Source of the DNA: Bifidobacterium breve
GTDB taxonomy: Bacteria > Actinomycetota > Thermoleophilia > Miltoncostaeales > Miltoncostaeaceae
DNA length: 58,439 bases
Assembly (NCBI GenBank): GCA_945876305.1
Contig: CAMCOB010000001.1
Coordinates: 1-58,439, forward strand
Reading direction: 5' to 3'
A program made the translations under genes and the position numbers. Shown here piece by piece: positions 47,171 to 57,302 of the stretch; position 1 is the stretch's first letter; each line of letters begins with the position of its first letter. The notes beneath the pieces were generated by a model. It had not been told where the DNA came from, searched no databases, and was given only the letters and a program-made list of their open reading frames with translations.

Positions 47171-49107
47171 CAGTTGACCTTCGCCCCGCTACCGCAACGA
47201 CTTTCCGCGAACCCCAGCGACGCAGCCATGGTCACACACACGGCCGGGGCCGCCGAGTTGCTGCCCTGCCCGCCGCGTTCGATCACCACCGCCACCACGA
47301 TGGTCGGGTCATCTGCAGGCGCGTAGCCCACAAACCATGCGTGGTCGATTTTGGACGAGTTCTCGGCGGTTCCGGTCTTGCCCGCCACCTTGAATGCCCG
47401 GGGGAGGCCGCCGAACACAGGGGTCGATGTGCCGCTATTGCCGTTCGCGGCAAGTTTCAGCCCCTGCTTGACCTGGTCGAGAACCCCGGCCGGAAGACCC
47501 AGATCATTCTTGGCGCGCGCGCTCAACAGATCCCGCAGCACACGGCCATCGTTGTCGACGACAGCGTTCCCGAGGGTCGGCGTGACCACCTTTCCGCCAT
47601 TGCCGATCGCCCCGTATGCCACCGCCATCTGCACCGGCGTCACCAGAACATTGCCCTGCCCGATTGACATGTTGATGGAGTCGCCAGGCCGCCACGAGCA
47701 GTTGATCGGGTCCACCTTGCGATCACATGTCTGACGCTTGTAGGCCAGATCAGGAATGAGGCCAGCACTCTCGCCCTCCGTGAGATCGATTCCCGTGGCC
47801 TTTCCGAGGCCGAACCTGTGCGACCACTCCTGCAGCGGCCAACCCGGACGACGGTATGAGCGATCGCCGAGTGTGTAGAAGAACGTGTCGCTCGATACCT
47901 CAAGCGCCTGCGGCAGCGCAATCGCGCCATATGCCTTGTTGTTGAATCCGCGGAAGCGCGTCTTGTAGAGCATCAGGGATCCGGGGGACTCAATCTGCTC
48001 ACCCGGCGTGTACAGCCCCGACGCGAGCGCTGCAGAGCCGATGATGGCCTTGAAGGTTGAGGCGGCGGGATACTCACCGCCGATGGCACGGTCGAGCAAG
48101 GGCCGCCCCGGGCTTGTGAGTACACGCTGGATCTCACGGGGAGTACCCGATTCAAATACGTCGGGCTTGAAGGTGGGCAACGACGCCATTGCCAGTACCG
48201 CGCCGGTTTTTGGATCGATGGCCACCCCGGCCGCGCCGGTCGATGTACCGGCGGCTGCCACCTCGCGCGCCAGCGCCCGCTCAAGCGCCTTCTGAACGCT
48301 CAGATCGATGGAAAGGCGCAGGGTCTGTCCCGGACGCGGCGACGTCTGCGAGATGACCCCCCGCCCCACGATGTCGCCGCGCGCATCCACCTCAACCTGC
48401 TGCCGGCCCGCGATGCCGCGTAGGTATTCCTCATACTGACTTTCGATGCCGGCACGACCCACGGTTTCGTTGCCCAGATATCCCTGATCCCGGTACTTGC
48501 GAGCGGACTCCGCGGGAATGGGACCCGTGTAGCCCAGAAGATGGGCAGCCATCGTCCCGTTGGGGTATTCGCGCTTGTAGGCAGACTGGAGATCGATGCC
48601 CGGAAGCTGCGCCCGGCGCTCCTCAACGTAGGCCTGCAATTGCGGCGACGCATCCTCCTCAAGCACAACTGCCTCGAACGGACTGGCCTTCTGGGCCCTG
48701 GCTACCTTCGCTGCAAAGTACCCGGCGGGGTGCCCCAGCGCGGCGGAGAGCCGGGTGAGCGTCCGCGCGCCGGCGTCGCCCACCAGATCCTGTGGCTGGG
48801 CCACGAGGTTGAGCACTTCCTTGCTCGTCACCAGCGCCTTGCCGTTGCGATCGGTGATCGCGCCACGCGGTGCTTCGGTAATGACGGTGCGCAGGCGATT
48901 GGCCTCCGCCCGCTCCTGATATCCCGCACCCCCGATCACCTGAAGAAACCACAGGCGCACGACCAGTACCACCAGCAGCACAATGGCGAGACCGGCAAAC
49001 GACGCCATGCGCAGCACGGACCGGGGCGGGCGCCCGGATCGACGAGGCCTACGGGGCGGCGGATCGTCAGTCGGCGACGTGGGGGTACGGGGTGGCATCG
49101 TGCTCAC
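47170..49107 (-). CDS. mrdA: penicillin-binding protein 2 (elongasome transpeptidase)
   Basis: TM anchor, PBP dimerisation domain, and SxxK (ASTFK) and KTGT motifs. The GTG start overlaps the mreD stop (GTGA). Confidence 0.9.
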   Translation of the reverse strand: MSTMPPRTPTSPTDDPPPRRPRRSGRPPRSVLRMASFAGLAIVLLVVLVVRLWFLQVIGGAGYQERAEANRLRTVITEAPRGAITDRNGKALVTSKEVLNLVAQPQDLVGDAGARTLTRLSAALGHPAGYFAAKVARAQKASPFEAVVLEEDASPQLQAYVEERRAQLPGIDLQSAYKREYPNGTMAAHLLGYTGPIPAESARKYRDQGYLGNETVGRAGIESQYEEYLRGIAGRQQVEVDARGDIVGRGVISQTSPRPGQTLRLSIDLSVQKALERALAREVAAAGTSTGAAGVAIDPKTGAVLAMASLPTFKPDVFESGTPREIQRVLTSPGRPLLDRAIGGEYPAASTFKAIIGSAALASGLYTPGEQIESPGSLMLYKTRFRGFNNKAYGAIALPQALEVSSDTFFYTLGDRSYRRPGWPLQEWSHRFGLGKATGIDLTEGESAGLIPDLAYKRQTCDRKVDPINCSWRPGDSINMSIGQGNVLVTPVQMAVAYGAIGNGGKVVTPTLGNAVVDNDGRVLRDLLSARAKNDLGLPAGVLDQVKQGLKLAANGNSGTSTPVFGGLPRAFKVAGKTGTAENSSKIDHAWFVGYAPADDPTIVVAVVIERGGQGSNSAAPAVCVTMAASLGFAESRCGSGAKVN

Positions 49108-49640
49108 TCGTCAAGCATCCCCGGCTCGACGTCAATCGGGGCCCCCAGAAGTCTCCGCGCGACCAGCAGGACGGGGGGACCGAGCAGGGCCGAGAGCGCC
49201 ACGGTGGGAACAACAATGCGCATCGCAATCACCGACGCCGTCACATCAGTCCCCAGAAGCCACTGAAACAAGGCATATCCCACCTGCACGAAAGCCGCGC
49301 CGGCCACGATGAGGCCGAGCGGAAGACCAATGGTGGATGCCTCGGGGCGGTCGGCAAACAGCCCGCACCACGCTCCCACTGCGAGATAGAGCAATGCCAT
49401 CACACCCAGAGTGCCGACGGGCGTGGTCAGTTCCACGAGGAATCCGCAGGCGAAGCCGGTGACGGCGCCCACCAGCGACCCCCGAAGCACCGCGATGGAC
49501 ACCACGGCAGCGATGACGATGTCGGGTGATCCATCGGCGACCGTGATGCCTGGCATTACCGTGATCTGCAGGATTACTGCAGCGGCGGCGAGCAGCGCCA
49601 CGCGTTTGAGCGCGATACCCCGATCGGGCAGTGCCCGCAC
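49104..49640 (-). CDS. mreD: rod shape-determining protein MreD
   Basis: 178-aa polytopic membrane protein in the canonical position after mreC. Confidence 0.7.
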   Translation of the reverse strand: MRALPDRGIALKRVALLAAAAVILQITVMPGITVADGSPDIVIAAVVSIAVLRGSLVGAVTGFACGFLVELTTPVGTLGVMALLYLAVGAWCGLFADRPEASTIGLPLGLIVAGAAFVQVGYALFQWLLGTDVTASVIAMRIVVPTVALSALLGPPVLLVARRLLGAPIDVEPGMLDE

Positions 49641-49693
49641 CGGCCGCTGACGGGCGGCACGGACGCGTGCCGCCGCGCCAAGGGTTCGCTCGC

Positions 49694-50566
49694 TCAGCCG
49701 GCTGCCCTCCGTCGCGCAGCGGCCGACTGCGGCGTGAGCACGGCGACGTCAGCCAGGGTGCGCACATCAACGTAGGGCGTCACCTGAATGGTCTGGAACG
49801 TATCGACATCGCGTGATCCGACCCCGGCCACCAGCCCCACCGCGATACCGCGCGGGAACACGGACGGAAGTCGCAGATCGGCCGAGAACCCGGCTGTGCG
49901 AACGATGCCGCCCGGCTTCACGCGGAAATCGCGCGGCACGCCACCCATCATCAACTGCCCGCCCACTGTCGGACGAAGAACGCCCAGCGCGCCACCAGAC
50001 CCATCCACCGTGGCGCCCACGCGGATGGAGGCGTCGGTGATGAATGTGACAACCGATGTGAAGGCCGAGGCCTCGGTGATGATCCCCACAAGCGCGGCAC
50101 CGGGCGCCGCACCGCTCACCACCGGGCTGTTCACCACGATGCCGTCAGAGGTCCCGGCGCTCAGGGTGGCGCGCGCGTACCAACTGGTGGGCGAGCGCCC
50201 CACAACTGATGCAACAACCGACTTGTAGCCCGAAGGAACGCTCCCATCAATGCGTAGCAGCGTCCGAAGGCGGGCGATCTCGGCCGATTGGTCGGACAGC
50301 GCCAGAACGCGCGCCTGAAGCGCCGCATTCTGTGCCTTCAGATCCTCATTCTGCCCGCGGGCATCCACAAGCCCAGTAACCCAGCCCCAGCCATCGCGAA
50401 ATGGTTGCGTCGCGCGCTCGGTAATTGATTGCAGTGGCATCGCTGCTGATCCCGCCATCTGCTGGGCGCCGTGCAGCGGGCCGCTGCCGGACTCGCGGAA
50501 ATACACCGTAAACACGATGAGACACAGGGCGATGAGGCCGCCGATCACCCCGCGCCGAATCATCAT
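49694..50566 (-). CDS. mreC: rod shape-determining protein MreC
   Basis: N-terminal TM helix, a coiled coil (LKAQNAALQARVLAL) and beta-barrel domains (PVVSGAA...GIITEASAFTSVVTFITD). Confidence 0.85.
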   Translation of the reverse strand: MMIRRGVIGGLIALCLIVFTVYFRESGSGPLHGAQQMAGSAAMPLQSITERATQPFRDGWGWVTGLVDARGQNEDLKAQNAALQARVLALSDQSAEIARLRTLLRIDGSVPSGYKSVVASVVGRSPTSWYARATLSAGTSDGIVVNSPVVSGAAPGAALVGIITEASAFTSVVTFITDASIRVGATVDGSGGALGVLRPTVGGQLMMGGVPRDFRVKPGGIVRTAGFSADLRLPSVFPRGIAVGLVAGVGSRDVDTFQTIQVTPYVDVRTLADVAVLTPQSAAARRRAAG

Positions 50567-50695
50567 CCGGTGCTTCTCGGGGTCATTTCTTCTCGGCGAT
50601 TCGGGGATTTCCGTTCTCTCCTCGACCAGTCACGGGCATCCGGTCCACGATATGACACGGCAGCGGTCGATGGTCATTTCGCGGGTTCCGGTAAC

Positions 50696-51748
50696 TCAGT
50701 ACCGGCTGCGCCTCGAGCGCCGCCCACCGTTGGAGGAACGGCGCATGACCTCGAACTCCTCGAGTGATCGGCCCGAGCCCACGGCAACACAGGTGAGGGG
50801 GCTGTCGGCGAGGTGGATCGGCATCTCCGTTTCGGCACGCAGGCGATCGGCGAGACCATTCAGCAGCGAGCCGCCGCCTGCCATAACGATGCCGCGGTCC
50901 ATGATGTCCGATGCAAGCTCGGGCGGCGTGCGGTCCAGCGTGGCCCGGACGGCCGCCACGATCTGCCCCACCGGCTCCTCAAGCGCCTCGCGCACCTGCT
51001 CGCTGGTCAGCACGACGGTTTTCGGCAGCCCGCTGATCATGTCGCGGCCGCGGACCTCGGCCTTCATCTCGTCCTTCAGCTTGTAGGCAGATCCGATCTC
51101 AAGCTTCACCTCTTCGGCGGTCTGTGAACCGATCAGCAGCTTCCGCTCCCGCTTCACGTAGTTGACGATGGCCTCGTCGAGCTCGTCGCCACCCACCCGA
51201 ATGGACTGCGCCACAACGATTCCGCCCAGAGAGATGACTGCAACCTCCGTGGTGCCGCCACCGATGTCCACGATCATGTTCCCGGTCGGCTCGCCGACGG
51301 GCAGCCCCGCGCCGATTGCGGCGGCCATGGGCTCCTCAATGAGATACGCCTGGCGCGCACCGGCAGACAGCGTGGCCTCCTCGACGGCGCGCTTCTCCAC
51401 GCCCGTCACGCCCGACGGCACGCATACGACCACGCGGGGGTGCGCCCACCTGTTCTGATGCACCTTCTGGATGAAGTGACGGAGCATCTGCTCGGTCACG
51501 TCGAAGTCGGCGATGACGCCATCTTTCAGCGGGCGAATAGCGGTGATATTGCCCGGGGTACGACCGAGCATGCGCTTCGCCTCAATGCCGACAGCGTGCA
51601 CATCACCGGTCCGTTGGTCGATTGCGACCACAGACGGCTCAGACAAAACGATGCCGCGACCCTTTACGTAAACGAGAGTGTTGGCGGTGCCGAGGTCCAC
51701 GGCCATATCGCGGCCGCCGAACCCCGTCAGGTAACCGAGAAACCCGAT
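50696..51748 (-). CDS. mreB: rod shape-determining protein MreB
   Basis: Actin-fold motifs [10 protein letters not shown] and [11 protein letters not shown]. The track start is ATG at 51706. The 14 in-frame upstream codons ([14 protein letters not shown]) resemble the MreB N-terminal extension and begin at an ATC 6 nt after a GGAGG. The 5' end is uncertain (51706 versus 51748). Confidence 0.9.
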   Translation of the reverse strand: MGFLGYLTGFGGRDMAVDLGTANTLVYVKGRGIVLSEPSVVAIDQRTGDVHAVGIEAKRMLGRTPGNITAIRPLKDGVIADFDVTEQMLRHFIQKVHQNRWAHPRVVVCVPSGVTGVEKRAVEEATLSAGARQAYLIEEPMAAAIGAGLPVGEPTGNMIVDIGGGTTEVAVISLGGIVVAQSIRVGGDELDEAIVNYVKRERKLLIGSQTAEEVKLEIGSAYKLKDEMKAEVRGRDMISGLPKTVVLTSEQVREALEEPVGQIVAAVRATLDRTPPELASDIMDRGIVMAGGGSLLNGLADRLRAETEMPIHLADSPLTCVAVGSGRSLEEFEVMRRSSNGGRRSRRSRY

Positions 51749-51860
51749 GGCGGGCCTCCAATGGTGTGAGTGACGAGGGCATTACACCCGAAGATGCTGC
51801 GGGAGCGTATCGCGCCCCTCAATTCATAGGCCTATGCAGGGGATGCCTGCACGACGCGTT

Positions 51861-52445
51861 TCAGGCGGCCGTCCCCCACGGGGCGAGGCCGGCGTCGTCC
51901 AGCAGCAGCCCCAACGCACCGATGGGGAGGCCGATAACGGTGGAGGGCTCGCCCTCAATGCCCTCGATCAACGCCCCGCCTGCGCCCTGCACGGCATATG
52001 CCCCCGCACGGCCTTGCCACTCCCCGCGCCCGAGGTACCAGCGAAGTACCTCATCGTCGATCGGCCGCATCCGCACGGTGGCCCGGGCAAGGCACTCATG
52101 CTCACCGTGAGCGGTCACCAGCACCAACCCGGTCATCACCGTGTGCTCGCGCCCGGCGAGCGCCTGCAGCATGCCGCGCGCATCAGCCTCGTCGGCCGCC
52201 TTGCCAAGTGCGATGCCATTGAGCACCACCTCGGTATCCGCGCCGAGCACAGCGCCGCCACCCGGAATACCCACCCGACCGGCCACGTCGCGCGCCTTGC
52301 CGCGTGCATGGGCCATCACGCGCTCCTCTGCCGGCAGCCCGGGATCGCTGTCCTCGGCCTCGTCGGAGGCCACGACGCGAAACGTGATGCCAAGCGCCCC
52401 CAGCAGCCCACGCCGCTGGGGGGAGCGCGAGGCGAGGATGATCAG
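51861..52445 (-). CDS. maf: Maf-like nucleoside triphosphate pyrophosphatase
   Basis: The Maf motifs GADTEVVL and GAYAVQG lie in the track ORF. The family N-terminal motif [18 protein letters not shown] is encoded in frame upstream of the first canonical start (GTG 52373). A CTG at 52445 overlaps the ndk TGA (CTGA). Confidence 0.85.
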   Translation of the reverse strand: MIILASRSPQRRGLLGALGITFRVVASDEAEDSDPGLPAEERVMAHARGKARDVAGRVGIPGGGAVLGADTEVVLNGIALGKAADEADARGMLQALAGREHTVMTGLVLVTAHGEHECLARATVRMRPIDDEVLRWYLGRGEWQGRAGAYAVQGAGGALIEGIEGEPSTVIGLPIGALGLLLDDAGLAPWGTAA

Positions 52446-52861
52446 CCGAGCAGCTCCGACGCGGCGAAGTGGATGCCCAGCTCGCGCGCGGCACTCTCGG
52501 TGCCGTCAGAGCCATGAATCACGTTCTGACCCAGGTCGAGCGCGTAGTCACCGCGGATGGTCCCGGGCGCGGCATCTTGCGGGTTCGTCGTGCCCATCAT
52601 CATGCGGCACGCGGCGATGGCACCATCGCCTTCGATGGCCATCATCACGACCGGACCCGAGGTGATGAACTCCACCAGCTCGGCGAAGAACGGTCGGTCG
52701 CGGTGCTCGTCGTAGTGCTCCTCGGCGGCCGCGCGTGTCATGACCGTCTTTTTGAGCCCCACCAGCTGAAAGCCGCGGCGCTCGAATCGGGCGATGATCT
52801 CGCCGGAGATCCCGCGCGCGGTCGCGTCGGGCTTCACCATCACAAAGGTACGTTCGATCAT
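52442..52861 (-). CDS. ndk: nucleoside diphosphate kinase
   Basis: [10 protein letters not shown] and NVIHGSD (catalytic His). The ATG start overlaps the upstream stop (ATGA). Confidence 0.95.
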   Translation of the reverse strand: MIERTFVMVKPDATARGISGEIIARFERRGFQLVGLKKTVMTRAAAEEHYDEHRDRPFFAELVEFITSGPVVMMAIEGDGAIAACRMMMGTTNPQDAAPGTIRGDYALDLGQNVIHGSDGTESAARELGIHFAASELLG

Positions 52862-53406
52862 GAGATTCCGGGCTCCGGGTCCTGGTTGGTGTCGTCACGG
52901 CGACGGCGTTCGATGCGCGTGTCGTCGAGGGTTCGGCTTGATGTGGGCGCCGCCGGGGCGGCGCAGTACGGACACACCTGCCAGTGGGGCTCGAGCGGCT
53001 CGGAGCAGCGTCGGCACGGCTGGCGAAGTGAGGCAGTGCAGTTGGGGCACACGAGAAACCGTGGGCCCACGACACCGTCGCACGACAGGCAGCGAAGGCC
53101 TTCCACCTGACTCTCAAGGGCCAGGGTCTCCAGCTCGCGGTCGTGAGCGTCGGTCAAGTACTCCGGCGGACGGATGAACAGGTAGACCAGCGCACCCAGA
53201 AACGGGATGATGAGCGCGATGGCCACGCATGCGGTGATGGCCCCCGAGTTCTCAAACCGGCGGCGGGCGTCCTGATACACCCAGTAGGCGAGCGCGAGCC
53301 ACAGGGCCGCTGCGAACACCTGGATGAGCACCAGGGCGATAGTCCAGACGCTGGATCCGAAGAAATCGGATACCGACTGGAATGGATCACTGCTCAGAAA
53401 GGTCAT
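52858..53406 (-). CDS. membrane protein with C-terminal double zinc-ribbon
   Basis: Two TM helices ([24 protein letters not shown]; [20 protein letters not shown], PLDc_N-like) followed by CLSC...CPNC...CRRC...CPYC. The ATG at 53406 overlaps the folC stop (ATGA). Confidence 0.6.
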   Translation of the reverse strand: MTFLSSDPFQSVSDFFGSSVWTIALVLIQVFAAALWLALAYWVYQDARRRFENSGAITACVAIALIIPFLGALVYLFIRPPEYLTDAHDRELETLALESQVEGLRCLSCDGVVGPRFLVCPNCTASLRQPCRRCSEPLEPHWQVCPYCAAPAAPTSSRTLDDTRIERRRRDDTNQDPEPGIS

Positions 53407-54770
53407 TGACCCCAAATCTCCTCGGCGCTTGCGTCCCGCCCGTGAGCGGCGGCGAGTCTACCACTGGCGTTTTCGCTGCCAGATGCCACCGCAATGGGTG
53501 CGAGATCGGACAGCAGATGAAGGGATCCCGCCACGAGCACGGCCCCATTGGGACCTGCGTCGAGGCATGCGCGCTCCAGCGCGCGGGCGGGTCCGGGAAC
53601 GACCTGCACTGGGACGCCGCGGATTTCGAGCATGCGCGCGATGAACTCGGGTCTGATGGCCCGCCCCGACGATGCGCGGGTAACGCAGGCCGCACTGATC
53701 GCTGGTGCGAGGGCCTCACAGATTCCCGAGGCATCCTTGTCGGCCATCATTCCGATGACGGCCACCGGTCGGATGTCGCCCAGGATTTCCGGCAGCGTCG
53801 CGGCCAGCGCGGCGGCCCCGGCCGGGTTGTGCGCGCCATCGAGCACGATGATGGGTGAACCGAGAATGATCTGCAGGCGTCCCGGATTTCGCATCTCACG
53901 AATGGCCCGCTCCACCCGGTCGCGATCCACGCCACGCCCGAGCACCTGCTCAGCGGCGCCCACGGCCAGCGCAAGGTTGCCCCGCTGCCAGTCGCCGTGA
54001 ACCGGTATGTCCATGTCGGCCAGCGCGCCGTTGGGAGTGGAGATCGTCACGAGGAGTCCGTTTCCGGATCGGACCGCGATCTCCTGCCCCACGGCCCATC
54101 CTGAGAGGCCCCTGCGGGCCATGATCGGTGCCACTGCGTCGCGCGCCCCGGAAGCGAGCGGGCCCAGCAGTACCGCGCCCAGGCCATCGCGCGCCACTGC
54201 CAGCTTCTCTGCTGCGATCTGCGGGAGGGTCTCGCCGAGCAGCTCAGTGTGGTCGAGGTCCACGCCGGTGAGCGCCACCACATCGGCATCAACCACGTTC
54301 GTGGCGTCCAGGCGCCCACCGAGCCCCGCCTCGAGAACAATCACCTCGGCGCGCGCGGTGCCAAGCGCATCCAGCGCCACCGCCGTGAGTGCCTCGAACT
54401 GGGTGATGGCGCCCCCCGGAACACCCGACACGGCATCGCTCACCCGACTCGCCGCATGAGCAAAGGCCCCCGGCGAGATGTCAACCCCATCAAGCGCGAC
54501 GCGTTCGCCCCACCCGGTGATGTGCGGTGAGATGTACGCCCCGGTGCGTACCCCGTGGGCAGTGAGGATTGCGGCAGTCATGCGGGTCACCGACGACTTG
54601 CCGTTGGTCCCCACCACATGCACCGCCGGAATACCGGCAACCGGCTGACCGAGCGCAGACATAAGTGCCTGCATGCGCTCCAGCCCGAACTTCATGCCCA
54701 TTCGGTCGAGGCCCTCAATCCAGCGAACGGCGCCCCCGTGATCCATTGCGGGCCTAGCCGAGGGCGTCAA
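53403..54770 (-). CDS. folC: bifunctional folylpolyglutamate synthase / dihydrofolate synthase
   Basis: Mur-ligase P-loop VVGTNGKSS and FGLERMQALMSALG. The start is 54770 (17-nt overlap with valS) or ATG at 54746. Confidence 0.9.
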   Translation of the reverse strand: MTPSARPAMDHGGAVRWIEGLDRMGMKFGLERMQALMSALGQPVAGIPAVHVVGTNGKSSVTRMTAAILTAHGVRTGAYISPHITGWGERVALDGVDISPGAFAHAASRVSDAVSGVPGGAITQFEALTAVALDALGTARAEVIVLEAGLGGRLDATNVVDADVVALTGVDLDHTELLGETLPQIAAEKLAVARDGLGAVLLGPLASGARDAVAPIMARRGLSGWAVGQEIAVRSGNGLLVTISTPNGALADMDIPVHGDWQRGNLALAVGAAEQVLGRGVDRDRVERAIREMRNPGRLQIILGSPIIVLDGAHNPAGAAALAATLPEILGDIRPVAVIGMMADKDASGICEALAPAISAACVTRASSGRAIRPEFIARMLEIRGVPVQVVPGPARALERACLDAGPNGAVLVAGSLHLLSDLAPIAVASGSENASGRLAAAHGRDASAEEIWGQ

Positions 54771-57252
54771 GCCGCGCCAAGATCTCCTCGACCTCGGCGG
54801 TGAAGCGACGGGCCTTCTCGCGCTCGGCCTCTACCAGGTGATCGGGCGCACGACTGGTGAAGCGCTCGTTGGCGAGTTGCTTCTCGGCGCGACCCAATTC
54901 ACCGCGGGCACCGACGAGCGTACCCTCCAGGCGGGCGCGCTCAACGGCCGGGTCAACCTCGGGTGCGGGAACCATGAGGCGCCCGAACGACACCGGCACC
55001 ACCAGGGCGTCGTTACCCACCTCGCCCACTTCCACCCCGGCAATCGCAGCGAAGGCATCAATCGGGAGCGCGCTCTGACCATCGACCGCGATGGTCACGG
55101 TGAGCGTCTCGCGAGGGCTGATGCCGTGCTCCGCTCGGAACGCGCGCATTGCCTGCACGGCCTCGCGCAGGGCGCTGATGGCGGCCTCGGCGTCAGCATC
55201 ACGGGGACCGATGGCATGGGCGGGCTCATGCGTGAGCATCAAGCCGGTCGACCCGGGGAGCCTGCTCCAGCACTCCTCAGTGGTGAATGGGATGACCGGG
55301 TGCGCGAGCGCGAGTACCTGCGTAAGCGCGGCCCCCGCAAATGCCGGGTCTGCCAGATCGGCCTTCAGCAGCTCGAGGTACCAGTCGCAGAGGTCATCAA
55401 AGATGAGGTGGTACAGCCCGTCGGCGAACTGACTGAACTCAAAACCCTCCACCAGATGGTCGGACTGCTCGATGGCGCCGGCGATGACCGACGCGATCCA
55501 GCGGTCGCCGAGTGTGGTGGGCTCGGGGGCAACACCCGCGCGCCCACCGCGGTCCACGACCAGGCGCGTCGCGTTCCACAACTTGGTGACCAACTGGCGC
55601 CCCTGCTTGATGCGATCCTCGCTGAAGCGCACATCCTGCGTGGAGGTGATCATGAGCAGGCCAAACCGCAGCGCGTCGGCGCCCTCGCGGTCGACCACCT
55701 CGAGCGGGTCGATGCCGGTGCCGAGGCTCTTGCTCATGCGTCGTCCATCGGGCGCCTGCACCACCGAGTGGATGTACACGTCGGTGAACGGCACCTCGCC
55801 CATGTACTCAAGCCCCATCATCACCATGCGGGCCACCCACAGGAAGATGATCTCGCGCGCGGTGGACAGGACGCTGGTGGGATAGAAACGTTCAAGTTCG
55901 GGGGTGCGATCCGGCCAGCCGAGAGTGGCGAAGGGCCAGAGCGCCGACGAGAACCACGTGTCGAGCACGTCGGGGTCGCGCTGCCACCCCTCGCCCTCGG
56001 GCGCCTCCATGCCCACGAACACCTCGTCACCGCGGTAGTACACCGGCAGCTGGTGCCCCCACCACAGCTGACGCGACAGACACCACGGACGGATCTCAGC
56101 CAGCCAGTCCTGGTACACCCGGCCAAAGGTGGGTGGGGTGAATCGCACGCGCCCGTCGGCCACCGCATCAATCGCAGGGGCGGCCAGCTTCTCCATGTCG
56201 CAGAACCACTGCAGCGACAAAAGGGGCTCAACCCGTGCACCGGAGCGGTGTGAGAATGGCACCGTGTGCAGGTACTCCTCGGTACCGCGGATCAATCCGG
56301 CGGCGTCGAGATCGGCCACCACGGCGGCCTGCGCCTCGGCGACGGTGAGCCCGCGGTAGGCCTCGGGCGCATTGGCGGTGATGCGGCCATCCTCGCCAAT
56401 CACCTGAATGGCCTCCAGCCCGTGGCGGCGCATGATCTCGAAGTCGTTGGGGTCGTGCGCCGGGGTCACCTTCAGTGCACCGGTGCCAAACGTCGGGTCC
56501 ACATGAGTATCCCCGATGATCGGTACCTCACGGCCCGACAGGGGCAGCGTGATGGTTTTGCCCACCATGTCGCGGTAGCGCTCGTCGTCGGGGTGCACCG
56601 CAACCGCGGTATCACCCAGCATCGTCTCGGCGCGCACGGTGGCCACCACGACCTCGCCCGAGCCATCGCTCAGCGGGTAGGCGATGCGCACGAGGGTGTC
56701 GGTCACCTCCCGGTTTTCCACCTCGAGGTCGGAGATCGCCGACCCGAGACCCGGATCCCAGTTGACCAGATAGGTATCGCGGTAGACGTAGCCCTTTTCG
56801 TACAGGTCAACGAATACCCGCAGCACGGCCTTTGCATAGCCGTCATCCATGGTGAAGCGCTCGCGTGTGTAGTCCATGGTGCAACCGAGCCGGGTGAACT
56901 GCTCGATGATGCGACCGCCGTACTCGGACTTCCACTCCCACACGCGCTCAAGAAATTGCTCGCGGGTCAGGTCGGCACGACGCACCCCCTGCGTGGCCAA
57001 CTCCTTTTCAACCACTGCCTGGGTTGCGATGCCGGCGTGGTCGGTGCCGCATATCCACTCAGTCTCAAATCCGGCCATACGGTGACGGCGGATGAGCACG
57101 TCCTGAATGGTGCCGTTGAGTGCGTGCCCCATGTGCAGGGCACCGGTGACGTTGGGAGGAGGCACTGCAATGACGTACGGCGCCCGCGGGCTTGATGGGT
57201 CGCCGCGCGTGACGCCGGAATCGCGCCATGCATCAACCCAATGGGGCTCCAT
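54754..57252 (-). CDS. valS: valyl-tRNA synthetase
   Basis: PPPNVTGALHMGH (HIGH), RMSKSLGTG (KMSKS) and a C-terminal coiled coil. Conserved-looking sequence (WPARLEPLE) continues in frame upstream of the ATG, so the 5' end could be as far as 57306. Confidence 0.95.
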   Translation of the reverse strand: MEPHWVDAWRDSGVTRGDPSSPRAPYVIAVPPPNVTGALHMGHALNGTIQDVLIRRHRMAGFETEWICGTDHAGIATQAVVEKELATQGVRRADLTREQFLERVWEWKSEYGGRIIEQFTRLGCTMDYTRERFTMDDGYAKAVLRVFVDLYEKGYVYRDTYLVNWDPGLGSAISDLEVENREVTDTLVRIAYPLSDGSGEVVVATVRAETMLGDTAVAVHPDDERYRDMVGKTITLPLSGREVPIIGDTHVDPTFGTGALKVTPAHDPNDFEIMRRHGLEAIQVIGEDGRITANAPEAYRGLTVAEAQAAVVADLDAAGLIRGTEEYLHTVPFSHRSGARVEPLLSLQWFCDMEKLAAPAIDAVADGRVRFTPPTFGRVYQDWLAEIRPWCLSRQLWWGHQLPVYYRGDEVFVGMEAPEGEGWQRDPDVLDTWFSSALWPFATLGWPDRTPELERFYPTSVLSTAREIIFLWVARMVMMGLEYMGEVPFTDVYIHSVVQAPDGRRMSKSLGTGIDPLEVVDREGADALRFGLLMITSTQDVRFSEDRIKQGRQLVTKLWNATRLVVDRGGRAGVAPEPTTLGDRWIASVIAGAIEQSDHLVEGFEFSQFADGLYHLIFDDLCDWYLELLKADLADPAFAGAALTQVLALAHPVIPFTTEECWSRLPGSTGLMLTHEPAHAIGPRDADAEAAISALREAVQAMRAFRAEHGISPRETLTVTIAVDGQSALPIDAFAAIAGVEVGEVGNDALVVPVSFGRLMVPAPEVDPAVERARLEGTLVGARGELGRAEKQLANERFTSRAPDHLVEAEREKARRFTAEVEEILARLDALG

Positions 57253-57302
57253 CTCCAGGGGTTCGAGCCGGGCTGGCCACGCCCCGCCCTCACCCGCGGT
57301 GG

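Noticed and set aside
50567-50695. The repeated ggtcatttc motif and lower GC in the 129-nt mreB-mreC spacer, as a possible sRNA or regulatory element.
   Set aside because: There are only two 9-nt copies, with no convincing hairpin, promoter or ORF. The evidence is insufficient.
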